Positions 55,127-64,000 of a stretch of DNA of 64,000 nt are shown here, piece by piece. The position numbers were made by a program, and so were the translations under genes. A model generated the notes under the pieces. It ran no database searches. It saw only the letters and a program-made list of their open reading frames with translations, and was not told the origin of the DNA. Positions within the stretch are counted from its first letter, which is position 1. Every line of letters begins with the position of its first letter. The DNA lies in NCBI GenBank assembly GCA_949373235.1, contig CASICQ010000006.1:4358-68357 (forward strand), written 5' to 3'. This stretch comes from Candidatus Poseidoniaceae archaeon. Lineage in GTDB: Archaea; Thermoplasmatota; Poseidoniia; Poseidoniales; Poseidoniaceae.

Positions 55127-55698
55127 TCTTCTTCCCCCTCTTCCAGATGGCTAAGGTCAAAGAATTCAAATTGAAGGGCAACGAGTTCAGCGCTCGATGT
55201 GGCTCCAGCATAGGCATCAAGTGGTTCTTGATTCAATTCAAAAAACCGAGGACCCCAGCGGAATGCGCCAAGAACCCGTGCTGCCTGGTCGGTTCGACCG
55301 ACGAGGTAGAGGACCGTAGCCAACGCTTCAGCCGTGGTGAGTCGGCCCGGCTTCCCCCAATTCACGGGATTAGCTGCTAACAACAGGGGGAGCATGCGTG
55401 GTTGTAAGCGGGTGCGTTTCATCACTTGTTGGACGCTTGATTCAATGTGCGCCCAGCTGCAATCAAGTCCGACAACAGCCCCACCTTGCTCAAGAATCAG
55501 CGAGTGGTCTTCTGGGCCAAACACTTTCCCACAAAGTGGTTCCAAAATAATTCCTCTGCGCGGCAAGGTGTTGATCTTCTTATGGAGTTTTAAATCTCCA
55601 CGCTTATTCGCTAGGACGGCCGTATTCTTCTTAGGATCGTCTTGAGCAAGCCAAAGAGCATGAACCTTGACGTCAGGGGAAACCTCAGGGTTGGTCAT
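55123..55698 (-). CDS. tsr3: rRNA aminocarboxypropyltransferase Tsr3 (DUF367)
   Basis: DDPKKNT, LDCSW, LPLLLAANPVNWG, L.TAEALA, FRWG..F. Confidence 0.92.
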   Translation of the reverse strand: MTNPEVSPDVKVHALWLAQDDPKKNTAVLANKRGDLKLHKKINTLPRRGIILEPLCGKVFGPEDHSLILEQGGAVVGLDCSWAHIESSVQQVMKRTRLQPRMLPLLLAANPVNWGKPGRLTTAEALATVLYLVGRTDQAARVLGAFRWGPRFFELNQEPLDAYAGATSSAELVALQFEFFDLSHLEEGEED

Positions 55699-56188
55699 CG
55701 AAATAATCACCCAGCGTCATGCCACGGTTTGAACTGCGATCCACATGTGTGGTGGTCTCTTCCGTTGAAACCACCCACAGCGAAATGCCAAGCACCCGTT
55801 CGAATTTACGCAGGACCCCATCTGTAGGGCGTTTGCCAGCCTCTGCTGATTTGATGATGTTGACGGTTTCAGCCATTCTTTTTCCAAGTGTAGCGTGATT
55901 CCAGCCCTTGGATTTGCGGGCTGCAGAAATTCTTTTACCAAAATCCGAAGCCAATTCCTTTTCTGTTTTGAGCATGATATCCTTGCCCTTCTTGCCTCTT
56001 GCCGCGTATGAAGAGGCATGAGAAGGCTTTGCATGCATCGATTGAGCCTTGGCTAAACCAGGGGCAGTTTCTTTTGGTCCAAGGTTCATTTTGTCGATGC
56101 AACGGGCGCATGCCGTTACTTCTGTCTTCCCGGTTTTGACGCTTCGTACGCCAACCTTCATCGCGCCACATAATTCGCAGTCCGCCAT
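55685..56188 (-). CDS. mbf1: Archaeal multiprotein bridging factor aMBF1
   Basis: CELCG...CARC zinc ribbon, DFGKRI..AR HTH, terminal TLGD. Confidence 0.92.
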   Translation of the reverse strand: MADCELCGAMKVGVRSVKTGKTEVTACARCIDKMNLGPKETAPGLAKAQSMHAKPSHASSYAARGKKGKDIMLKTEKELASDFGKRISAARKSKGWNHATLGKRMAETVNIIKSAEAGKRPTDGVLRKFERVLGISLWVVSTEETTTHVDRSSNRGMTLGDYFDDQP

Positions 56189-56310
56189 TCGAATCAAAAC
56201 TCCAATATCCGGGTTATGCCGACATCCTTTGAAGGCTTCGTCTTTGCCGTTTCGGAAGGTATGGTTCCGTCTTGTTGAAATAAACTGGCCGTTTGGACTG
56301 GTTGAGCACC

Positions 56311-57531
56311 ATGGGTACAGATGTTGAACAAAAGCCTCCAGCACGTTCTGTTGCGTCCGAGGATGAAATCAAAACGTTGGAGCATGCTTTCTCCGAATTG
56401 CAAGATCAAGCACAGAGTTTGATCAACGAACGTTCCCAAATGGAATCTGATATTCGCAGCCTGAAAAAGAGGGCTCAGCGCCTCGATGATGAAGTTCGTT
56501 TGTTGAAATCTCCCCCTCTCATTATCGGGCACCTGCAAGACATCCTCGACGATCGAACTGCCATCGTCCGTTCATCCAACGGAACCGTGTTCCAAGTTTC
56601 ACTCAATCAAAGGCTCGAACCGAAAACTCTCAAACCAGGGACTCGCGTTGCACTCAATCAAGACACGCTCGCTGTAATTGAGGTGCTTCATGATGCGTGG
56701 GACCCAATGGTCAGCGGTGCCGAAATGGTAACCAAACCGGATATCACATACGACGAAGTCGCCGGTCTTGATGAACAAATACAAACAGTGCGTGAAGCAA
56801 TTGAACTGCCGCTCACTTCTCCTGAACTCTTCAAGAAGGTCGGTATAACGCCACCAAAAGGCATTCTGCTCGTTGGACCGCCCGGCTGTGGCAAGACCCT
56901 GCTGGCAAAAGCAGTCGCCAATCACACCGATGCCACATTCATTCGAATGGTCGGCAGTGAACTTGCACAGAAATACATCGGTGAAGGAGGGCGAATGGTA
57001 CGCGAATTGTTTTCGCTTGCTAAAGATAAATCGCCTGCCATCATTTTCCTCGATGAAATCGATGCCATTGGAGCAAAGCGCCTCGACGGATCGACAAGCG
57101 GTGACCGTGAAGTTCAGCGTACTTTGATGCAACTCCTTGCCGAATTGGACGGGTTTGATGCACTTGAAGATGTAAAAATCATAGCTGCAACCAACCGACC
57201 AGACATCCTTGATGATGCGCTTCTGCGACCAGGCCGTTTTGACCGAATTGTCACCATCCCGCGCCCCGATGAAAAAGGACGAAAGGCTATTTTGAAACTC
57301 CACACATCCAGCATGTCGACCAAACGAATCAACATTCAGCGTATCGTCGACAAAACAGAAGGATACAGCGGGGCTGAATTGAAGGCAACCTGTGTTGAAG
57401 CAGGAATGATCGCTATTCGAGACGGGCGAAGTTCGGTCACCAATGATGATCTCATGCTGGCAGTGACGAAACTCAACGAAAAGAAATCGGCGGGCGGGCG
57501 AACATCCTCTCCTGAAGCACTTTACAGTTGA
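56311..57531 (+). CDS. pan: Proteasome-activating nucleotidase
   Basis: Coiled coil, OB domain, GPPGCGKT, KYIGEG, DEIDA, LRPGRFDR and C-terminal HbYX (LYS). Confidence 0.96.
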   Translation: MGTDVEQKPPARSVASEDEIKTLEHAFSELQDQAQSLINERSQMESDIRSLKKRAQRLDDEVRLLKSPPLIIGHLQDILDDRTAIVRSSNGTVFQVSLNQRLEPKTLKPGTRVALNQDTLAVIEVLHDAWDPMVSGAEMVTKPDITYDEVAGLDEQIQTVREAIELPLTSPELFKKVGITPPKGILLVGPPGCGKTLLAKAVANHTDATFIRMVGSELAQKYIGEGGRMVRELFSLAKDKSPAIIFLDEIDAIGAKRLDGSTSGDREVQRTLMQLLAELDGFDALEDVKIIAATNRPDILDDALLRPGRFDRIVTIPRPDEKGRKAILKLHTSSMSTKRINIQRIVDKTEGYSGAELKATCVEAGMIAIRDGRSSVTNDDLMLAVTKLNEKKSAGGRTSSPEALYS

Positions 57532-57585
57532 TTTCATCTAAAACCTCGGTCAACATTCAAAGTCCGAGTGAGGCGAACGAGGTAT

Positions 57586-58632
57586 ATGGAAGGCTTAGTG
57601 GAGTGCGTCCCCAACATCTCCGAGGGACGAGATTCAGAAAAAATACAGCGCATAATCGACGCTGCATCACACATTGAAGGCTGCGCCGTGCTTGGTGTTG
57701 AACCCGATGCTGACTACAACCGTACGGTGATCACGCTCGCAGGTGCTCCATCTGCAGTATCGGAGGCTGCCTTCCTGTTGGTGCGTACGGCGATTGCAGA
57801 AATCGACATGCGAGGTCATGCAGGTGAACACCCGAGGCTTGGTGCAGTGGATGTTTGCCCGTTCATTCCACTTAATGGAGTCACAATGGAAGATTGCTCA
57901 CACCTAGCTGCTTCATTGGCTGAACGTGTGGCAGAGGCATGCAACGTCCCGACCTACCTCTATGGCCAAGCAGCAACCACATCTGCAAAAGCGCTGCTTT
58001 CGACCATCCGAAAAGGCCAGTATGAAGGGCTCGAAGAACGGCTCTCTAAAGGATCATCAATTCACGAAGACGACACGCGATACCCCGACTATGGGCCACG
58101 CCAATGGAACGATGTTGTTGCCAAGTCCGGAGCCATTACCTTTGGTGCTCGTGGCATACTTGTTGCTTACAACGTCAACCTGAACGATCCCAGCGCCGAT
58201 GTGGCGCGTAAGGTGGGTTCGCTTATCCGTTCAACAGGTCGGCTCATCAAAAAAGAAGATGGGCGCAAAATGAGGGTCCCAGGCATGTTGACTCTGGTTC
58301 AAGGGATGGGTGTGCCGTTAGAAACCCATCAAATGAGCCAAGTATCAATGAATTTGAGGGACGTAACCCTGTGCCCTATGCACGTCGCCTTTGAGGCATG
58401 CAAGAGCATCGCTCACGATCATGGGGTCGAAGTTCCAGGAAGTGAACTTGTAGGACTCGTCCCCCTTTCTGCAATGTTGGAAACGGGACGCTGGTATGCA
58501 GATGTGGGGGTCACCGAGGAACGAGCGCTTGTCGAAGCAGCGATTGAGGGGCTTGGTCTTCATCAAATCGAGAAGTTCATTCCAGAAAAGAGAATCATTG
58601 AATACGCACTCAAGGAGGCTTTAGGCCAATGA
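57586..58632 (+). CDS. ftcD: Glutamate formiminotransferase
   Basis: VECVPNISEGR, DYNRTV, GEHPRLGAVDVCPF, QVSMNL, SELVGLVP. Confidence 0.93.
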   Translation: MEGLVECVPNISEGRDSEKIQRIIDAASHIEGCAVLGVEPDADYNRTVITLAGAPSAVSEAAFLLVRTAIAEIDMRGHAGEHPRLGAVDVCPFIPLNGVTMEDCSHLAASLAERVAEACNVPTYLYGQAATTSAKALLSTIRKGQYEGLEERLSKGSSIHEDDTRYPDYGPRQWNDVVAKSGAITFGARGILVAYNVNLNDPSADVARKVGSLIRSTGRLIKKEDGRKMRVPGMLTLVQGMGVPLETHQMSQVSMNLRDVTLCPMHVAFEACKSIAHDHGVEVPGSELVGLVPLSAMLETGRWYADVGVTEERALVEAAIEGLGLHQIEKFIPEKRIIEYALKEALGQ

Positions 58633-59258
58633 ATTGGATGGAGATGAGTTTGAATGATTTCCAAGATGCTCTTGCATCTGACAACGCCACGCCCGGTGGA
58701 GGCACTGCCGCAGCGGTCGCTCTTGGTCAGGCCGCTGCCCTCACCGCCATGGTTTGCAACCTCACTTCTGGCAAGGAAAAATGGTCCGCAGGTTGGGCAG
58801 CAGCAGATGTCGCCAGTCGAGTGGCTGCAGAAGTGATTTCTCGCTCGGGTCCACTGGCTCAGGAAGACAGCGATGCGTTTGATCTGGTCGTGGCGGCCTT
58901 TAGAATGCCAAAGGAAACGGAAGATGAAAAATCGACCCGGCGCACTGCAATACGAGCAGGCACCCTAAGGGCGGCAGAGGTTCCCTTGGAAACCGCTCAG
59001 TTGGGCATGAAATTGTTGGATGTTTTAGAAGACCTTGCGCGGGATGGAAATGGTAACGCCGCATCCGATGTAGGCGTAGCATCTTTGCTCGCCAGTGCAG
59101 CGGTTAAAGGGGCGCTGTTTAACGTCGACATCAACGTTTCATCATTGCCTGAAACCATGTCTTCCGAGCTTATTGAGGCATCAGCTGGAATGAGAGAGGA
59201 ATGTTCCGCTCGTTCTCGATTGGTGATGCACGCCGTCCACGATCGAATTAATTCGTGA
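58629..59258 (+). CDS. Formiminotetrahydrofolate cyclodeaminase / methenyl-THF cyclohydrolase family
   Basis: LASDNATPGGG, D..AF, VPL, GNGNAASD, NVDIN. Confidence 0.9.
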   Translation: MNWMEMSLNDFQDALASDNATPGGGTAAAVALGQAAALTAMVCNLTSGKEKWSAGWAAADVASRVAAEVISRSGPLAQEDSDAFDLVVAAFRMPKETEDEKSTRRTAIRAGTLRAAEVPLETAQLGMKLLDVLEDLARDGNGNAASDVGVASLLASAAVKGALFNVDINVSSLPETMSSELIEASAGMREECSARSRLVMHAVHDRINS

Positions 59259-61538
59259 TCAACGTACCTGTGAACCAGGAGAGATTTCACCATCAATGGT
59301 GATTAATTTGACGTTGTCATTGCCATCATCTGCAGCGAGCATCATGCCCTGTGAGACAACACCACGAAGCGGTCGCGGTTTCAAATTTGCCACAAAGACC
59401 ACCGTTTTCCCAACCATCTCTTCTGGAGAATAATACGCCTTCAAGCCAGCGCAAATGGTGCGGGGCTCTTCAGTGCCGTCGTCAATTGTTACGACATACA
59501 ATCGGTCTGCATTCGGATGATCATCAACGGTTATGATTTTACCGACTCGTAAATCGACTTCCATGAATGTATCAAAATTAAGGTATGTTGTTCCTTCTGG
59601 TGCTTCTGTCACTTTCTTTTCCTCCTTGGACGGTTTGTTTCTTTTTTTGCTTCCTTTGACGCTATGACCTGGGTCTGCCGCCGATGCTTCATCTGGATCG
59701 ATTAGGGATTGTTCTGAGGCTAAAATTTCCTCAAGTTCAAGACGCTTAAACAAGGGTTGAGGGTCCTCCGGATTCCATTCCATCGGAGCGTCCCAGTTGA
59801 CCGCTTCTTCCCACTGAGTTTCACTTACTGCCCCACTCAAGCCTAAGCTGGCCCAGAGGCGTGCAGCGCTGAACGGCATGAACGGTTGAGTGGTGATGGC
59901 TAAGAACCTCGCAATTCTCCAGCCAAAGGCCAAATCGGAAAGTGATTGTTTGCGTTCGGGTGAAGGGGTCTCGTCTTTGAGGTACTTCCATGGTGTTGCG
60001 GCTTGAAGCATCTGGTTCCCGTATTGAGATGCATTCATCACCGTTCTCAAGGCTTCTTTGTAGCGGTGCCTTTGCAGTGATTCTGTGATGGAGGCATGCA
60101 ATTCTTCGAGTTTCGCCCGGTGAGCCATGGTGAGTTCCGGCTCTTCAACGGATTCGAGTGGTCCTTTTTCACCCGATGGTAATCGGTGGCCGAGGGTCAA
60201 CACTCGGTGGACGAAATTGCCGTACGCTGCGATGAGTTCGGTGTTTATTTTCTCCACAAAGTCAGGCCAATTGAAGTCTGTGTCGTGGTTCTCGGGCATG
60301 TTAATGCTCAAGTAATACCGCAATGTATCGGGGTCGAACCTTTCTAGGAATGATGGAAGCCAAACGGCATGCTTGCGAGATTTGGAAAATTGACCGCCAG
60401 CGAGCATCAAGTATTCCATAGCGGGAACGTTGGTTTCCAACGCCATTTCTCCAGGTGCTGGGAGGGCGACTTCATCATCGATCGTCAACCCTTTCTTGGC
60501 ATGGTTCAGCCCTAAAATCAAGGCCGGCCAAATTACGGTGTGGAAGGGTATGTTGTCCTTGCCCAAGAAATAGAGGTGGCGCGGGACATCTCCGTTCTCT
60601 GCTATGTTCCACCAATCCATCCATGCATCCGTTCCCTTGGGATGGCCTGCTTCATGCGCGATTGTATCTGCCCAGATGCGTGCGCAGGTGGAATAGCCTT
60701 GAACGGCTTCAAACCAAACATAGACGCATTTTCCCTTCCATTCCTCGCCCTCGAGAGGCAGAGGGATTCCCCAAGAAAGGTCGCGGGTTACTGCACGAGG
60801 GCGTAGGCCCATGTCGAGCCATTGTTTTGTCATGGCTCTGACGTTTGATTTCCAGACTTTTTGTTGGCCTGATGCATGGTGCTCGAGGGCTGACTGAAAG
60901 GCATCAAGGCGGTAAAAAAGGTGTTCTGTATCCCTCACTTCAATCGATGCGGTTGGGTTCATTTTAGACCGGGGTTGGAGCAACTCCTCCGCTTCGTAGG
61001 TTGCGCCACATGCATCGCATTGGTCGCCGCGCGCCCCATCTTCTTGACAGGATGGGCATACGCCTTCGACGTAGCGATCGGGAAGGAAACGCCCTGTTCC
61101 ATCATCGTTTGTTTCGTAATACTGCTTCATTGTTTTTTCTTCAAATAAACCTGCATTGAGGAGTGAGGTGAAATTATCTTGAACCATTTTTTTATGCCGT
61201 GGATCGCTTGTTCTGTTGAACAGCGCCCCACCGTATTCCACGCCCCGTGGGTCGACTTGAGGTTCCCAAGAACAACCCAAATTCAGTAAAGCCTTGCTGT
61301 TCATTGCGTGGTATGTGTCCACAATATCCTGAGGGCTGACTCCGTTCTGTTCTGCGGAAACCGTGATCGGTGTTCCATGCTCATCGGATCCGGAAACCAT
61401 CAAGACGCGGTTTCCAAGCGCTCGCTCAAATCGAGCTTGGATATCAGGGGGGAGGTAACAACCCGCAACGTGGCCTAAGTGAAGTGGACCGTTTGCGTAC
61501 GGCCAAGCAACACAAATGAGAACATGTTCGGAGGTCAT
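59259..61538 (-). CDS. metG: Methionine--tRNA ligase with C-terminal tRNA-binding (OB) domain
   Basis: PYANGPLHLGH, SDEHG, YVWFEA, GKDN..FH, FSKS, SQGMMLA. Confidence 0.97.
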   Translation of the reverse strand: MTSEHVLICVAWPYANGPLHLGHVAGCYLPPDIQARFERALGNRVLMVSGSDEHGTPITVSAEQNGVSPQDIVDTYHAMNSKALLNLGCSWEPQVDPRGVEYGGALFNRTSDPRHKKMVQDNFTSLLNAGLFEEKTMKQYYETNDDGTGRFLPDRYVEGVCPSCQEDGARGDQCDACGATYEAEELLQPRSKMNPTASIEVRDTEHLFYRLDAFQSALEHHASGQQKVWKSNVRAMTKQWLDMGLRPRAVTRDLSWGIPLPLEGEEWKGKCVYVWFEAVQGYSTCARIWADTIAHEAGHPKGTDAWMDWWNIAENGDVPRHLYFLGKDNIPFHTVIWPALILGLNHAKKGLTIDDEVALPAPGEMALETNVPAMEYLMLAGGQFSKSRKHAVWLPSFLERFDPDTLRYYLSINMPENHDTDFNWPDFVEKINTELIAAYGNFVHRVLTLGHRLPSGEKGPLESVEEPELTMAHRAKLEELHASITESLQRHRYKEALRTVMNASQYGNQMLQAATPWKYLKDETPSPERKQSLSDLAFGWRIARFLAITTQPFMPFSAARLWASLGLSGAVSETQWEEAVNWDAPMEWNPEDPQPLFKRLELEEILASEQSLIDPDEASAADPGHSVKGSKKRNKPSKEEKKVTEAPEGTTYLNFDTFMEVDLRVGKIITVDDHPNADRLYVVTIDDGTEEPRTICAGLKAYYSPEEMVGKTVVFVANLKPRPLRGVVSQGMMLAADDGNDNVKLITIDGEISPGSQVR

Positions 61539-61717
61539 CTGTTTTGTTCGGTGTGCGGCCTGTCTTTAAAATCATCATAAAATCAGGCTCAAAGAGGACA
61601 TGTTTTCCTATCGATGCCCCCAATCCGTGCGAGTTAGAGAGGAAGTGGTCTCCAACATTTTCAATAACTAAGAGTCCCACGCCAAATTAGCGGTACCCTA
61701 GGAGCCTCTGAAACAGC

Positions 61718-62752
61718 ATGGACTACACAATCCTCATTTTATACGGTACATTGGCGCTTGGCGTTTCATTTTTATGCTCCATTTTGGAGGCAGTTGTTCT
61801 ATCGATACCCCATACACAAATCGCTATGTGGGAGCGGGACGGAACGCGGAAAGGAAAAATCTGGGCCAATCTAAAATCAGACGATGCTGTCAAACCACTG
61901 ACCGCCATTCTTACCCTCAACACCATTGCACACACAATGGGTGCTGCAGGCGTTGGTGCAGAAGTGGACAAGGTGTTCGGTCACGAATACCTGACCTATG
62001 CATCTGTGATCCTGACTTTGCTTGTTTTATTCCTGTCTGAGATCATTCCAAAAACTCTGGGCACTGCATACTGGAAGCAATTAGCTAAGCCAACCGGGCA
62101 TGTTCTTCATTGGATTACGGTCGGGTTGGCCGTCTTTATTGGGCCCATTCAAATGTTGAAGTCAATCCTTCCAAAAGGGGACGATGCACTGTTCACTCGC
62201 GATGATGTGGCAGCTCTTGCAGACCTGGGCGAAGAAGAAGGCATCATCGAAAAAGATGAAGAAACCGTTATTCACAACCTTTTGAAACTCGGCGAAATGA
62301 AGGTGGTTGAAATTATGACACCACGTGTCGTGATGACCGCGTTTAACCTTAAGGACACCATCAAGGAAGTTCTTGATGAACACAACATCATTCGGGTTTC
62401 GAGGATCCCGGTCTTCGAAGAAACGATTGATGACATCTCCGGCATCGTCATACGCTCTCAGTTGCTTATGGCTGCAAGCCGAGATGAATGGGACACTACG
62501 ATGGAAGAATTGAGGAAGGACGTGATGTTTTTGGACACCGAGACTTCAGTTGATACCGCGCTTGAGATGTTTTTGGGCAAGCGTCAGCAATTCGCCGTCG
62601 TACGAGATGAATTCGGTGGGACGGCAGGTCTTGTCACTATGGAAGACGTCTTGGAGACGCTGTTAGGTGAAGAAATCGTGGATGAACTGGATGAAGTTGA
62701 TGACATGAGAGAACTCGCTCGCGAGCAAGCGGATGCAAGCGAGCAAGAATGA
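61718..62752 (+). CDS. CNNM/CorB-like (DUF21 + CBS) membrane protein
   Basis: SFLCSILEA, EIIPKTLG, IMTPR, SRIPV, DEFGGTAGLVTMEDVLETLLGEEIVDE. Confidence 0.92.
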   Translation: MDYTILILYGTLALGVSFLCSILEAVVLSIPHTQIAMWERDGTRKGKIWANLKSDDAVKPLTAILTLNTIAHTMGAAGVGAEVDKVFGHEYLTYASVILTLLVLFLSEIIPKTLGTAYWKQLAKPTGHVLHWITVGLAVFIGPIQMLKSILPKGDDALFTRDDVAALADLGEEEGIIEKDEETVIHNLLKLGEMKVVEIMTPRVVMTAFNLKDTIKEVLDEHNIIRVSRIPVFEETIDDISGIVIRSQLLMAASRDEWDTTMEELRKDVMFLDTETSVDTALEMFLGKRQQFAVVRDEFGGTAGLVTMEDVLETLLGEEIVDELDEVDDMRELAREQADASEQE

Positions 62753-63736
62753 TTACGATTGAGCATCGAGCCAAGCAGCAATCAATTGATTGCGCTCTTC
62801 ATTTATTTTTGCCCCAGCATGGGTTAAGCCAGGCAGTCGATGACTCGTAAGAAGGTCTCCTTGACCAGAGTCAACATAGGCCGTGTTGAGGAGGTCAAAA
62901 TGTCCCATTCCTAATCGGTTGTCTGGGTCGGCTTGAATGCAGAGGGTTGGGAGGGTGGGTAAGCCCCATTGCGGCAAATCAAATTCATCGATTGACGAAA
63001 ATAATCCCTTCTCCCCAATGGATGCGTTGAACCTTCGAATCAGTCTTTTTCGATACACGCCGAGGAGGATCGCTGGGATTTTTAATTTGAGTGCGATCTC
63101 GTCCAAGATAGGGCTGTACATGGTCATAGGTGATTCCAAGATGAGGGTCGTCATTGGGTGCTCAAGGGCAACAAATTCTCGGTCAGCAACAAGACGAAGT
63201 CCAATGAAGCAGCCAATGCTGTGGCCATAGTAACTGACTTTGGTGACATCCTCTTTGGAAAATACAGAGTCCAAGTTGCTGCAAACGGCTTTGATGGCCT
63301 GCATTGATTTGTATGCGGTCCAGAATTCAATTTCCGTTGATGCTCCGTGACTCGGCAATTCAATGAGAAGAACATGCCATCCCCGATTTGCAAACCAAGC
63401 CCCTCGGTCACCGACTGAACGAGATGAACTCCGCCATCCGTGGATAACGATGAGAAGGGGTGCTGATTCCTCTTGTTTGAACGCTACCGCATGGAGTGAA
63501 TTCGTCCCATAAACCAAATCGTGGTGAGACCAGCCTTCAGCCTCAAAGGGCGGTTTCTTCTTTCCAGGGGTTAGAAAGCTCATTCCAACATAGATTTCGA
63601 TAAGGGCGTTGTACGCACTAAAAAAAACCAATGCAACAGTAATAGAGGCCGGCAACGTGTAAAATATACACGCTGCAATGAGTGCTATGGTGGCAGCGAG
63701 CCAAGCACAAGGTCGGATGAAGCGTTCGTCAACCAT
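62753..63736 (-). CDS. Membrane-anchored alpha/beta hydrolase
   Basis: Two N-terminal TMs, IHGW, HGAS, GHSIG nucleophile, D and H of the triad. Confidence 0.85.
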   Translation of the reverse strand: MVDERFIRPCAWLAATIALIAACIFYTLPASITVALVFFSAYNALIEIYVGMSFLTPGKKKPPFEAEGWSHHDLVYGTNSLHAVAFKQEESAPLLIVIHGWRSSSRSVGDRGAWFANRGWHVLLIELPSHGASTEIEFWTAYKSMQAIKAVCSNLDSVFSKEDVTKVSYYGHSIGCFIGLRLVADREFVALEHPMTTLILESPMTMYSPILDEIALKLKIPAILLGVYRKRLIRRFNASIGEKGLFSSIDEFDLPQWGLPTLPTLCIQADPDNRLGMGHFDLLNTAYVDSGQGDLLTSHRLPGLTHAGAKINEERNQLIAAWLDAQS

Positions 63737-63754
63737 GCAAATCCAGCAGGAGGC

Positions 63755-64000
63755 TCACTCGACTTTCTTGGCCTTTGCTTTCTTGGCCTTTGGTTTGGAG
63801 GCTTCTGGGTTCTTATCCTCTGACTTATCAGAGGTTTCAGATGCATCTTCCTCGGCCTTGATTGCTGCCTTTTCGATCTTCTTGAGGCGGGAATCTTCTC
63901 GCTTGGCGGTGAACGAATCACCAAAGTTTGCCATGCCTTCGAGGCGGGCGGCGAGGCCTGTGAGTTCCTCTCCTTCTTGTGGGACGTACTTGACCAAGAA
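63755..64000 (-). CDS. Partial hypothetical protein (charged C-terminal tail)
   Basis: Open to the window edge; K/E/A-rich tail; co-oriented with the hydrolase. Confidence 0.55.
   Translation of the reverse strand, partial: FLVKYVPQEGEELTGLAARLEGMANFGDSFTAKREDSRLKKIEKAAIKAEEDASETSDKSEDKNPEASKPKAKKAKAKKVE

Noticed and set aside
56599-57537. Long antisense ORF opposite pan (also 54018-54827, 11361-11927, 6692-7252)
   Set aside because: Shadow frames of well-supported genes with no recognisable motifs.

Overview
Gene-dense archaeal chromosome segment of about 50% GC. Gene content and sequence style suggest Marine Group II Euryarchaeota (Ca. Poseidoniales, Thermoplasmatota); this is inferred from archaeal r-proteins S19e/L39e/L31e/S17e, PAN, aMBF1, Tsr3, Kae1, EndA and archease, mixed with bacterial-type metabolic genes and large acidic surface proteins. 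The window holds about 60 CDSs, the SRP (7S) RNA and tRNA-Val(GAC). I found no CRISPR array, integrase or IS element. Metabolic genes cover pntA1/A2/B transhydrogenase, mdh, methylmalonyl-CoA mutase and epimerase, lysine 6-aminotransferase, THF-dependent histidine utilisation (hutU, hutH, hutI, split ftcD), YdeP/FdhD and YgfZ/IscA. The most notable signals are: (1) a preQ0 operon (folE-queE-queC-queD) headed by a 56-aa ribbon-helix-helix gene missed by the ORF track, with three helically phased AGTATTA(CC/TT) repeats beside its TATA element, and whose QueC has lost all four Zn-binding cysteines and is fused in frame to an intact MsrB; (2) a TatC fused to a Cys-rich domain resembling the HdrA N-terminal Fe-S module; (3) two EF-hand proteins next to TrmB-V4R and DUF835 regulators, a possible Ca2+ signalling network; (4) a non-canonical YTCAA TATA element about 29 bp upstream of many start codons; (5) a candidate structured sRNA near 43.3-43.5 kb; (6) two apparent single-base frameshifts. 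All family calls come from motif recognition by eye; no database searches were run.
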